Origin: Dimargaris cristalligena
Lineage: Eukaryota
NCBI GenBank assembly: GCA_003614675.1
Contig: ML002243.1
Span: forward strand, 1-60,522
Direction of reading: 5' to 3'
Length of the DNA stretch: 60,522 nucleotides
How positions within the stretch are numbered: the first letter of the stretch is position 1; the number at the start of each line of letters is the position of its first letter. Below are positions 1-11,590 of this stretch, piece by piece. The position numbers and the translations under genes are program-made. The notes beneath the pieces are model-generated. The model worked only from the letters and a program-made list of their open reading frames with translations. It did not search any database and was not told where the DNA came from.

Positions 1-55
1 GGTATAATTACCGCCTGCCACGCGGTAGACCCGGGTTCGATTCCCGGTCTGCGCA
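1..55 (+). tRNA. tRNA-Gly(GCC), 5' end truncated by window edge
   Basis: Anticodon arm ACCGC-CT GCC AC-GCGGT (GCC at 17-19), T arm CCGGG-TTCGATT-CCCGG, 3' acceptor end ...CTGCGCA. Confidence 0.93.
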
Positions 56-57
56 TC

Positions 58-63
58 TTTTTT
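58..63 (+). terminator. RNA Pol III terminator (T6) after tRNA
   Basis: TTTTTT immediately 3' of the tRNA end. Confidence 0.75.
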
Positions 64-395
64 CACCAATCTGGCGAAATTTTTAAGAACAGTTATTCGA
101 AACTTATTGTTGCTTATCGGTCAACGGAGTCAGCTGAGTTGACAGTTTAGTCTATTTTTAAAAAAAAAATCTTTACCTTGCTAAACTATCTATTTGGAAT
201 TTTGCCATGATGGAATTGCCGTTGTTCCCATTGTTGAATATTGGCCATTACTAGTAAGAGATATATATTTATTTATTTTTACTTGAGGGCCGCACACAGG
301 ATCGAAAAAAAGCAAAGAAAGACGAGTGGCAGTATACTCGAGGCAACTACCGAAAGTGGGACACCCCCAACGTTACCTGAGATTCTTTAAGTCGA

Positions 396-2486
396 TTAGA
401 CTGACGCGGCTTGGGGTGGCCTATAGGGACATACAAAAACGCCTGAAGTCGTGACCGCACCCACAAAGACCCGACCCCGTTCGTGGTCGTAGGCGGCCAC
501 GGTAACCAGACCCGGCACCGGCCCGGGATATGTCACCGCCAGTTCTGAGTTCTCGGCGGTGGCGGGGACTTCCGTACCCAAGGGGGCGGTGGTTGTAGTG
601 GTGGTGTTGCTGTTGTTTAGGACCGATTTCAGGTCAATCCGAACAACACCCCAACCAACGACATTGGCGGGGTCATAGGGATCGCCATGTTTGGGAATAA
701 AGCATTCGAGGGTTCGTGTAACTCCTAAATATCAAAGCCAAGTAACAAACGCGTATAAAATGATAGGGAGGGCGGGAAAATAGAATCTACATTAATGATA
801 CCTGTAATCATTACACCCAGTGGATGGTTGGTTCTATTGGCACATTTTGGGGCCCAAAGCCGAGCGTCAATGATTACGGGCGGTGGACCAGATTGGACAA
901 TTCCATACCAAATAGATGTAATAGGAACTAAGCTTCTGTTGATGTACTTACCGGCCACGAACAAACTCCCGGTCTGCCGGTCAAAACGCACATTGTCCGG
1001 TAAAATCGGCAGGTTATTCACAGTGCATATAGGTTTCAAATCTTGAGTAACCGGATCCCAGTCGAAAAACAGCACTGACCGACCCGTGGATGAAGCCACC
1101 GCCACTAACCGCTGTTCTAAATCGATGTCTATCCCGTTCGTATAAGCAATTCCGTATTGGGCCCAGTGGAGGGGGTGGTTAGGTTCCCGTAGCGCCACCC
1201 CACCCCAGGGTCGCCTTGTGACCGTCTCGTAAAGGCGAAGGGGTCCGGTGGGGTAGTGGAGGTCGTTGGTCACGAAAAAAGAGCGTCGCGAAAGGGCGAC
1301 TATGGCATTGGGATTAGGAACGTTAACGGGGTCTTTGGACGATGGGAAGGCTAATGATGGCGGTAATGAAAAAGAATTAGGGCTGGTGTTACCGGTGATG
1401 ACCGCTGTTTCGACGTGGGTTAGGTCGGAGGTACCCAGGATATGATCGAAAATTTCAACGACCGACCCAGTTGAGTCCACGTGATTGACCACCATGAACG
1501 TAACGGGGGCGGTTGCAGGTGCTTTGGGGTCAACGTAGATGGACATGCCGTGGGTGTGAAAGGGGCCTGAGAAATTAGTCAGAGTCAAGGGCGTGATTTG
1601 GTCGGTCTAGCGGGCATGGAATATTGAAGGTTGGAGGCCTTAAAGTTAGTCATTATTACCCTTTTTTGCCTTGGCTAGGCCTGCTGATGGTTTCAAGATC
1701 ATCCGTATAATAATAATTGTACAATTTACGCTACAAAGCCCCCCCCCCATTCTCCACCTTACTACTACTCCTCTGGAGGATAATGTTGGGCACCGCCTTA
1801 TCCATCCAGGCCTATATCACCTGGTGGTACGGACTCAACCGGGATTATATTTAATCCTCAACTCCGGCCTACCTTTAAATCGTACTTGTACACCACTCCC
1901 TGATAGCTGGAATGCTTCTTACGGATGTCCATGGGGGGAAACCACTTGGCCCGCACACTTGGGAGCGTACAGGCCATAAACGCCGTCTGTGACAGTTGAT
2001 GAATTACAATGTCCTCACAGGCTTCAGGGACTGTAAGTGATAAATGGGACCATAACGTGGGGGGAGGGGGAGGAGGAGGCAAAGGGAGAGGACACAATAC
2101 ATATATAATTGGGGTGAACAATCCATTCACTGGGATGAGTCACCGTGCGCATCGCACTGGGATATAGAGGCAGAGACAAACCACGGGAGCATTGTCTTAG
2201 GAATACCTGATTAATTAGAGGGCTTTACCAACACCGCCCCCCAGGAATGGCCGTCTCCTTGCGCCAAAGACCCGTGTGGATAGTATATACCCCCCTCCAT
2301 CCAGGAATGAGAGAGCCCACCCGGATGATGTATATCACGTAATTAGAACTTACTATTAATCAGGGTACATTGGCTGGAATTAATGGAGGGGAGTTTAGTA
2401 AAGTAGTTCATGAATAGTACATCCCAGGGCACCTGGGCCATAAGAAGACCAAGGGCGAGGAACAGACCAGCAGCGAACTTAAGCAT
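396..2486 (-). CDS. Paraoxonase/arylesterase (PON-like Ca-dependent six-bladed beta-propeller lactonase), 4 exons
   Basis: Phase-consistent exons 2486-2354, 2030-1873, 1606-952, 724-396. N-terminal hydrophobic anchor MLKFAAGLFLALGLLMA. PON-type motifs ACEDI, FHTHGMS, VVNH, NPNAI, FFVTND, TNGI, PDNV. Confidence 0.85.
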
Positions 2487-3307
2487 AGTAAGAAGGAACT
2501 TAAGCAAAGAGGCGCGCGTATTTAACTGAAGTAAGTGGAAAAAAGGGGTGAAGGAAGCGTAAATATAACCAGCTAAATATGGCGGCTGGGCTGAAATACC
2601 AAAACTCATCTGATGGAAAGCCAGACGGACAAACTTCGCAGGCTGAACGAGGCGGCGACCTGATGACCCCTTTTATACCTGCCCAGCACCGAATCCTCCC
2701 CCCCTACCTCATCCCCCATGCTCTCCCGCATCCTTTCCGCTGGGCTGGGTTTAGAGCTCCCAGACCATGCAATAGGAACAAAAAAACAGAAATGTACGCC
2801 CCCCATGCCGTATCGTAGCCCTTTCTTTGCCATATTTCCCATTTGGGAAGGGTAAAAATATTAATCGCAGAGTCCACCACGCGGGTCTCCCCAATTTAGA
2901 TGCTGGATACAGCTTTACCTTACAACTGGTTTGGAACAACAGCCCGCCTCAATTAGTACCAGCGAAGTGTTTGGGAGGCCTACGACCAGTCTAACAAAAC
3001 CCTTCATTTCTTGCTCTCTAAACTGAGTTGGTCCAAAATACCAAGGATGTTTTATTATAAAACCAACCCCACATGTTTAGAAGCGTCAAAGGGTGCATAG
3101 GCACACGTAGACAAACCAAATCCGCCACATCTAATCCCGGAGTATCATCGCGGCCAAGTGTCCCGCCCGGTCCGCAGGGTTCGGCCCCTTCTAACTACAC
3201 CAGCTGATTGACACTTCCCACTACGGGTCTGCACACATATTTAGATGGATTCGTCCGGGCTGTCTGCACATGTTAATGGCCCCTTGCACTGTTGTCGGGC
3301 TATGAGG

Positions 3308-3449
3308 ATATGGGAGAAGTTCATTCAGGCTGTATAATGAAAAATCCATTGGATAAGGCCAATATTACTGGTTAAAAGTTATTCTCACATATTCGCCCAT
3401 ACACGTATTATGTAAAACCTTATACAGCTAGTTTGAATTTCTCCCATAT
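3308..3449. mobile_element. MITE copy 1 (~142 bp, non-coding, terminal inverted repeats)
   Basis: Begins ATATGGGAGAAGTTCA and ends TGAATTTCTCCCATAT. Its reverse complement is collinear with the copies at 9504-9647 and 51393-51536. Confidence 0.85.
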
Positions 3450-4468
3450 GATGTGTCACACATACCCTTCATGCGTAATTTCCAATGCACGTCACCGAAA
3501 TAATACCTATGGTTGACGAACAACACCCCACACCTAGCGTTGGGGAGCGGCCATTACGGGTAACTAGAATTGGACTTGACGGATTCCCGCTCTAAGTGCC
3601 GCCAATGAATCACATGGGAAAACCGTCTCCTCCGCCCTAGACGCCTCATAAATCATTATATTTGCCAAGCAAACATAACAATGGCAGCATCCACTTTCAA
3701 AGGCCTCAGCCGTGATAATCATCAACCACCATCCCATTTTTGACTAATATAATAGCCATTTCTCAGATCGACATTTCATTGTGTTTTTGGTACACCAATA
3801 TCATTTGGGCGGAGTGCTTACCCTTTTGGAACATTTATATCGGATCCAAGGTTGTCCTCAATTTACTATCCATCATTATTCCCGAATTGGTTATAACCCC
3901 CCTCGCTCTCCCGTATAGTTCAATGCACTATTGTTGGATATTCAAGGTTCCTTGGCGCCTTGCACAGCCTTGGGAATAATACCCAAATAGACATCACATT
4001 CACCAACACCCCTGGCAAAAGGAGTGTGCCACTCCGGTTTAGGCCAAATCGATGGATCAGTCTCTTATCACTTCCTACAACCACCTACTACCCCACATAC
4101 TAACTCACGAGTCTCATTTAGTTATGCCGGAATCAACAGGGACCGGATTTTCTGACCCCTGAGTGAAGGACGGTATGCTTCTCCCTATTTATTGTCCAGT
4201 GATTCCTCGTGTGACTCTAAAGCCCATCCATTAATTTACCCTTGCTAAGAGCACCACACATTTCAGACACCTCCTATATGTTCCCATCTATGGCACAACA
4301 ATCGGGCTGCACGCACCGTATAAGTCATTTGAGGCAGGATGGTCGCCACAATTTAAGACAAAACCCCGCTATGGTTGTATCGACTGTCTTAATCAATTAC
4401 AGAAATGGACCACTGTTTATATGTACGAGCATATTAGCTATATTTTATACAACACGGGGAGATATCGA

Positions 4469-7337
4469 TTACCAGGTAGTGAGACAGACTGGGTATACGG
4501 GGTGATAGATTCGGTTAAGTCGCTGACCAGAATAATCTAAGTATAAATAAAAAGGCACAATAAATTGTATAAAAATAATCATATTATAGTTTAGTAATGG
4601 CATTCGTTATCGTGATAGGGCAAGATTTCCTGTATAAACTTAAATACTGCCGGTCCTGGCCTTTATATGTCTGAAATGTGTGAGTGAATAGGAAGTGAGA
4701 TAAACGTCAGGATACTAAAAAATATCAAAGGATGTACTTACTCCCCCCAAGGAACTCAGCATTGTCAAATATGAGCGGTACCGACCAGTGTCTGCGTCGC
4801 TGTAAGGCCATTTGTTTAGCTTGATCGTTAATCGCAATGCACCCCACGGATGACGATATCGAGTCGGGAAGTGTGTGTGCGTGAACATCCGTTATTTGGC
4901 CTATACGTTAACATTGAATCGCAACAGTCAGTACCAATGTAGAAAAACGAGTATACAGAATTGCTGCGACAGTATTGGTTTAGTTGGCCAATCATGCTAA
5001 CTAAGCTGAAATGCGAGGAAGAGTCCCAAATCTTAAGGGGTATGTAGTCGACAATATGATGTAGTTTGCCCAGGCCATGCACCTATGATTTAAGACCACC
5101 AAAGTGCCGTTAGCATACTTACCGGTTACATAGTTGACCAAGAAGAGTAGTGTATGGAACCCGAATCTATAGCAAAAATGGGTACAAACAAATAACATTC
5201 AAAACGTACATGGGTTATTGAGAATCACGATACAGAATCGTTTAGTGATAATATTTTTTTACCCTTGTTCAAGTGTGGTTCAGCAAGGCAATGTAACTCA
5301 CGGCCAGCTCGCTAGGTAGCCCACGGCTTATAGGTTGGACACATTTTATTCGTTTTGTTTTTTGTTTTTTTCAAAAGGGGGGAGTGGAAGGTGATTACTT
5401 TTTTCAACTTACTTTTTAATATTGAGCTTCCGGGAAAGAAATGCACAACTCACATAGAGGCAATCCCGGTACTCGCAGTTCTAGTGACGTGTATTCGAGT
5501 GGGGGAAGCATAAAGCGGTTGTAAGATCCGTCAAATTCAGGCCATATCTATTTTTGCCGGGGGTGGTTCACTTGGCCATTATGAAACGGAGGGAATGCTT
5601 ACCTGTACAATAATAAACGAATAGTCGTAAAGTCGTAGGTCGCTCTCTTTTCGCGACAAGTGGTCAAATAAATACATTTCTACATTAAGCAATCGAACAT
5701 TAGCCTAAATGGTATGGATTCAATTCCATATCGGAAAATCAATAATTATGCATGTAAGGGTATATACGTCGATTTAGTGCACTTGACATCTTAGAAGAGG
5801 CTGTATTTAACCCAGCAACATGTCCGCCGAAAAACGATACCGGGAATAAGGCATTAAACGATAATCAGGCCACAATTAGACTACCTTACCTCCCAGGTCA
5901 TAATGCGCCCAGACCCATCCCTGACAGACGAGGCTGTTATATCGAAGCGATCGTGTCCGTCTTCCCAGAACCTTCGGGACTATGTACCAGGTATATATAT
6001 ATAAAGAATGTGTGTAAAAATTAGCAACAGTTTGAATACTATGAAAAGTAGCATCAGGTATGGTTTATTTGATACCAGAAAGTGAATCTACGTGTTCGGG
6101 CTGATGTGGATACATTCAAGGTACCATGATACACTGTAGATTCAAATGGAGGCTGTCCACCTATCCAAGCCTCCCCTCGTGGACAGTTAAACATTAGGGA
6201 AATGAATATTACAGGTACTTACGCGATCCTCGGATGATTTCTGAAAAACTGACGGAGTATCAGTCGCCTGACTATACGTCACAAATAAAATACCGGATTC
6301 TTCTTTGTATATTAATAGCCGCGGCAGGGCAGCGAACAAGCTCAGATAGACGCGGGCACGCGCCGCATATGGCCGTATTCTTAGTTGGCTGGGCGATGCA
6401 TCGGGGGATAATCGTTGAACTGCTCATCACAACGAATCGGCCAGTCCGTGACAAGAGGGATATTCGAAAAACAAAGGTATAAGTTGTAGTGAGAAAATTG
6501 ATTTAACCATACATTAATTACACAAATGGGCAAAGTTAAGAGATTCCTTAGGAGGCTTTGATCACCACTGCTATTTGACGCACAACCCGGTTTTACCCGA
6601 CCAAGGAGTCACAGTGGGAGACAGATCAGCAACGGGACACACCCGAACCCATTACCTTCATTACAGTCAATGATGTAAAACTCGGCTTCGGCGTCGCCGC
6701 TTTCGAACTTCGCTTCGGTCCAAACCCCGAGTATATTGTCCGCCTGGGTCTGCAAAAGCCCGATTTGAAATTGGGATGCGGTGGTGGTACTGAGCACGAC
6801 CTCGCAATTCCGGATGAGCCGCTTCTGGAGGTTGAATTTCCAAAAGACGATGGAATAAATGTGCATGGGCTCGAGTTCGTCAGTGGTACTATCCGGCTCC
6901 GCCACCCGAACGCTTAACAAATGGTGGCCATCTTTAGTAAATCCTAGAATTATCTGGTTGCGAAGCTCGGGGCAGTCGATGGATTGAACCGAGATGGTGG
7001 ATCTAGTAGGACCGGGTGTGGGTAGGCAGTAAATGAAGCGGTTAGAAGGTGGTAGGGAGAAGGATTGGCCTATGCATTAATGGCGGTGGTTTCATCTGAT
7101 CAGATACCTACGATCAATTGGCAGTGTGGGGCGGGTTGGGTTTTATAGAACAGGCTTTATACTCCTTTAGCTGTGCTGCAATGGGAGGACATATATGAGC
7201 CACTTAGTATAGGGGTGCTAACTCTACCTGTTGGCATGTAAATACCGACGCACAGCCGCGCTGCTTGCTCGGGCAACTAGTTCCCGGCGCTGTATATAGT
7301 CACGCACGGACTCCTGCGAAGGCTTCGGGGGCACCAT
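4469..7337 (-). CDS. DCAF15/DET1-like DDB1-CUL4 substrate receptor, 9 exons, ~394 aa
   Basis: Hand-spliced exons 7337-7228, 7002-6656, 6419-6223, 5979-5890, 5704-5603, 5480-5413, 5166-5123, 4900-4742, 4536-4469. All introns are GT-AG, phases match, total 1185 nt with no internal stop. Segments ILGFTKDGHHLLS, IYSIVFWKFNLQKRL, YDYSFIIVQNC and FHTLLFLVNYVTG resemble human DCAF15 segments as recalled. Confidence 0.7.
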
Positions 7338-7787
7338 TGACAGGGGGAAAGCACATTCAGTCTTGGGGAATCGGCCAGTGGCGTGGATGACCTTTTATGA
7401 ATGCACAAACAGCCGTTCGTCTGCAATGGAAGTAGGGTGGCAACCCGAATTCTGGGCGAACGAAAAGGGTTGGTTGAGCTGGATTGGTACGTATGCATGG
7501 ACTGCTCCAATAGTATACGTATGTATATATATATGTATAATGGGCGCGGTTTATTGAATTAAGAAGACGAGAGGATATATGCTAAAATAAGATAAGGGAA
7601 GGCATTAACTAATATACTTGGTAGGCTGGAAGGGCTAGGGCCTCTAACTGTGACGGGAGATGGTGGTGGAAATGAGAGGCCAGGGCCTGGAGTAGAGCAA
7701 GAGATGGGCTGGGGCTTAGCTACGGCCGCCAGATTAATCTTAAATAGCTCCCACCTTGGGCGGGGTGTGGGAACGGTGCTCTACCAA

Positions 7788-8661
7788 CTACACTATACCA
7801 GCCTCCACTGAATGGCAGGGGCGCCGGACCGCGGATGGCGGTAGGGGAGTTAAGCTGTCCAGCGAACCCAGCCGGTGAGTAGGCCTGGTGGCCCAGCCCG
7901 AGGCATCAGGCAAGTTGGAGGGTGGCATAAATTTAGCTGGGTCATGGTTTGGTATATAAACAGGCGAATGATTAGGCAGTTGGAGAGTGACTGGAAGGAA
8001 GGGCGAAGGGGGCGGGATAGATGATAAAGGCTGAAACGGCACCCCTCCTCCTCCTTCTAATGCCCCACCGCCAGCAGCCGGGCCCATGGTGGTGCTCCAA
8101 GCGCTCTCCTCCTCGATATAGGGGAATCTAACCGCCGGACGTGGGACCGGTGGCCGTCGAATCAGCAGGCGTGAAAGAACCGCGACAAACTGGTATAGTG
8201 AAATAATGTGCATATGGGCAATATATAGGTCCGAAGGTGAGTGAAAGGGAGGGCGAAATAAATAGTTGGATAAAGGGGTGAGTCAGTGGAGACGAAGCAA
8301 ACAAAGTTGATCCGACTATCCACCCCGTGGTATAGGATAGGTTCTAATAAATAAATAAAACATTATTTAGTGCATAGTTTGCTGAATTATAAATAAACTT
8401 GAGTAACGACAAGGCGTTGGTCATACTTACCACTGCACAAACCACGGCGGTGCCCAACAGGCTGAACGATGCCACCGCCGTGGTGAGTTTGTAGTGCACT
8501 ACCGCAATGATGACCGCGACGAACAGACCTACGGCGACCATGAACCCGCTTAAGTTGATGAAGCATTGGATAATGTCCCTGCGCCGCTGACGGTCCGATA
8601 TGACGGGCTCGTCAAAGAACGAGTCGGCGTCGCTGTCTTTTTCCTTGTCGGCCGGTTTCAT
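7788..8661 (-). CDS. Hypothetical membrane protein (two N-terminal TM helices, Pro-rich tail), 2 exons
   Basis: Exon 8661-8431 (GTAAGT donor) joins in phase 0 to exon 8189-7788 (CAG acceptor). Hydrophobic stretches FINLSGFMVAVGLFVAVIIAVV and AVASFSLLGTAVVCAVFVAVL. Confidence 0.65.
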
Positions 8662-9503
8662 TTGGGTTGGTTGGCTTTAAATGGAGGGGATATGTATAGA
8701 TCAAATAGGGCGGATTCCGGGGGGGGGGTATTCCGGTGAGTGCGATGGTGAGTGCGATGATAGAACGGATAGCTGAAGCCTAGTGATATATATAATTTGT
8801 AGCAGAGGACATTATAAAGCAAATCAAGCCGCCGCTAAGTTTGGCCTTAGTATTGGACCGGTCACCCGAATAGTTTTAAATAGAGTATTATTAAATGGAA
8901 AGAGAAGAGTAGGGGGTTTCTATAGACCACTATTGCTTGAGGAAAAGGTACATAAAACCAGCCCTGAATAGAAAGGTGATTTGGCGATTGCAAGTAGCCA
9001 GCAAAGTGTATATATATATAATATTTATATGAAATATCGGAAAATAGTGTGAAAATGATATGTTATGGGTGGACAAACTACTCTTGAATAAAGGAAACAC
9101 AAAGGCAGAGACTGGCAGTAGCGGAACATTCCTTGTAACTTATACGATGTAGCCCACCGGCCAGGGGCGGTGTTGGGCGAACCGGCCGATTCAATCAAAG
9201 GTACGATGCGGCAATAAGCCACCCGAATATAATAGAGTAGAGGGCAGTGAGCTAATTCGAAGCAAGTGATACCTAGCAGGTGTCTCGAACTTAGATTAAT
9301 AATTTGCTGTTTTATTTGAGGGGTCCAGGCGGGGGACTCATAGTTCGAGACCAAAATCCAATCCGGATGTAAGGAGCAAGAGTGTAGGTAGACGTAGTAG
9401 TGGCTGGCTGCATATGCGTGGATGGGGAGGAGGGGGGGTGAGTTGGAGGCGAGGGGAGGGGGAATGTTTCAAAGCGGAGTTTAGAGGGGTTTCGGATTAA
9501 GGG

Positions 9504-9647
9504 ATATGGGTGAAATTCGGCCCAGCTATATAAGGGTTTACATTATACGTGTATGGGAAAATATATGGGAAATGTATTTTTAACTAGTAATATTGGCCGA
9601 ATCTAATGGATTTTTCATTATACAACTTGGATGAACTTCTCCCATAT
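9504..9647. mobile_element. MITE copy 2 (144 bp)
   Basis: ATATGGGTGAAATTC ... GAACTTCTCCCATAT; inverted relative to copy 1, with a collinear interior. Confidence 0.85.
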
Positions 9648-10423
9648 CAACAACGCGGTGAGGGGGGAGGCCCACTTACCAGTAATGGATAGAACGGCGG
9701 GGAAGGAAGGAAGGGGGGTATTCTCTTTGGAAGACGGGTCTCGGGTGATCATACCAAGTCAGGAGCCAGATAAGGGGTTTTATACGTGATCCGAATATAA
9801 TAGAAGGCGGAATTAACGGCGTCATCGGTTGATATTTAAACCGCAAAACTGACAATATATTAGGGAACCGAAACCCCAGCTACTTTGATGCAAGCACCCC
9901 ACTATGGTGGTGTATACTAGGTAGATGGCAGCCGGTTAAGGCATTGGCCGATCAAGTACATTTACCAGGGAAGGAGCCAACTAGCGGCGATGTGTGCGAG
10001 GCTCTTAAGCACTTTGCATATGAAAATAATGGGAGTAAATGGGACAAACTGTATTAATTAATTATTTTCCCGCCGAATTGGCAGGAGAAATTAATGCCCC
10101 AACCCACTCTCCCCGCACTCAACTAAAGGGAGTGTGATTTTACTAGTATCTCTCTAACTCGCTCAATATAACCCAAGGCAAGAGCGAGAAGAAGAGCCCT
10201 TGCTGTGAATTCCCCTTTCCTGGCTGATCTCGGACTGATCTAGCCGCTGCCTACGTTTACCTGTCCAACCCATCCCTTTGATTCCCAATCCCAGGCCACT
10301 CTACTACTTGTCTTTCTCTATGCTTCACTTAGAGCCTCTCCTTGATTGATTTTTCTTAGCTTTGATCCCCCCACTCCTTATTTCTCTATTTCTTTCTCTT
10401 TCTAGCCCTTGTTTTATAACACC

Positions 10424-10999
10424 ATGTCCGCCCCGCCCAATCCACTCCGCCGCCAGGACAACGGCATCGATCCGTCGCCCCGTCCCTTTGAACCCATCGA
10501 CCGCGACCCGCATTTCGCCCGTGTGGTCCGCTACTTCCGCCCCTCCGACTATGGCCTCTGGGCCGGCATGGCCGCCCTCGGCCCCGTCATTCTCCTCGGT
10601 CTCGAAAAGGTCATGCCCAGCCACGGCATCACCCGCGGCGACCTCCGCCAAGGCTTGCGGCACGCTTTCGGGGTCGGGGTATTGGGTGGTTTCCTGTATA
10701 TCTACCAAAAGAGCTCCTACCGTTTCATGGGTTTCCAGGAAAACGCCCGTGAACTGCGCATGGACCTGGCCGAGATGAAGGCCCGCGTCGCTAAAGGGGA
10801 GGAACTGTACGGCCAGAGTTTGTTGCCCCCCGATGTGCAGCGCATCGCCGCCGGTAACTCCAAGAACTCCCAGTTGTTGATGTTCTTCATTCCCTGGTTT
10901 AACCTCGTGAACCATAACCACCATGGCGTCGATACGTCCAAGTATTACGACAACGCGGAGGAGAACAAGGTTCCGTTAGCGAAGTCGGACAAGGAGTAA
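10424..10999 (+). CDS. NADH-ubiquinone oxidoreductase 21 kDa (NUXM / nuo-20.9-type) accessory subunit
   Basis: Motif PFEPIDRDPHFARVVRYFRPSDY, two TM segments, RFMGFQENAREL and PWFNLVNHNHHGVDTSKYY. Start taken at the first ATG (10424). Confidence 0.9.
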   Translation: MSAPPNPLRRQDNGIDPSPRPFEPIDRDPHFARVVRYFRPSDYGLWAGMAALGPVILLGLEKVMPSHGITRGDLRQGLRHAFGVGVLGGFLYIYQKSSYRFMGFQENARELRMDLAEMKARVAKGEELYGQSLLPPDVQRIAAGNSKNSQLLMFFIPWFNLVNHNHHGVDTSKYYDNAEENKVPLAKSDKE

Positions 11000-11590
11000 A
11001 ATTAAATCCCTATTTCATCCGAAATAAATCCCTTCCTTCATCCTTCACTCCCCCCCCCTCCTTCGAATCTTCTGTATCTTATCCGATAGCTGCCTCCCTT
11101 CCGATGATGGTCACCAGCACTAACACTTGCCCTCACCATCCCCTCACACTGCCCCCATAATGCCAAACGCCCAGGAACTGCGCGGGCTCGCCTCGTTCGG
11201 TGGTGCTATTTTTTTTAGAAGGCCTACCCACCCCGAATGTTGTTTTTATTTATACTCACCCCCCCCCCTCCTCTCGTTTCCCCTTATTTCCTTCAGCCAT
11301 CACTTTCGTTCAACCCACCACCCGAGCAATAAACTCACTCACCTACTCTATGACCGGATTTTATCCATATTTTCCAATGAACTACCATGGTTGACGTTGC
11401 TACTAATAATTTAAGTTAACCTATGCGGAATACGAACAGGTATTTGCTCCGGAAAACGATAAAAAATAACAAAAAAAAAACACCCCAACATCAGTCAGCG
11501 TAAGCGACATAATAAAACATATATTGTTTTTAAAAAACAAACAAAAAAAGACATAATAATATAACGGACATGATATTTTATCCACTCTTG

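Noticed and set aside
5301-5326. Potential 25-nt micro-exon (AAG|...|GTGAGT) inside the DCAF15-like gene
   Set aside because: Including it shifts the frame away from the DCAF15-like reading; the flanking exons already join in phase without it.
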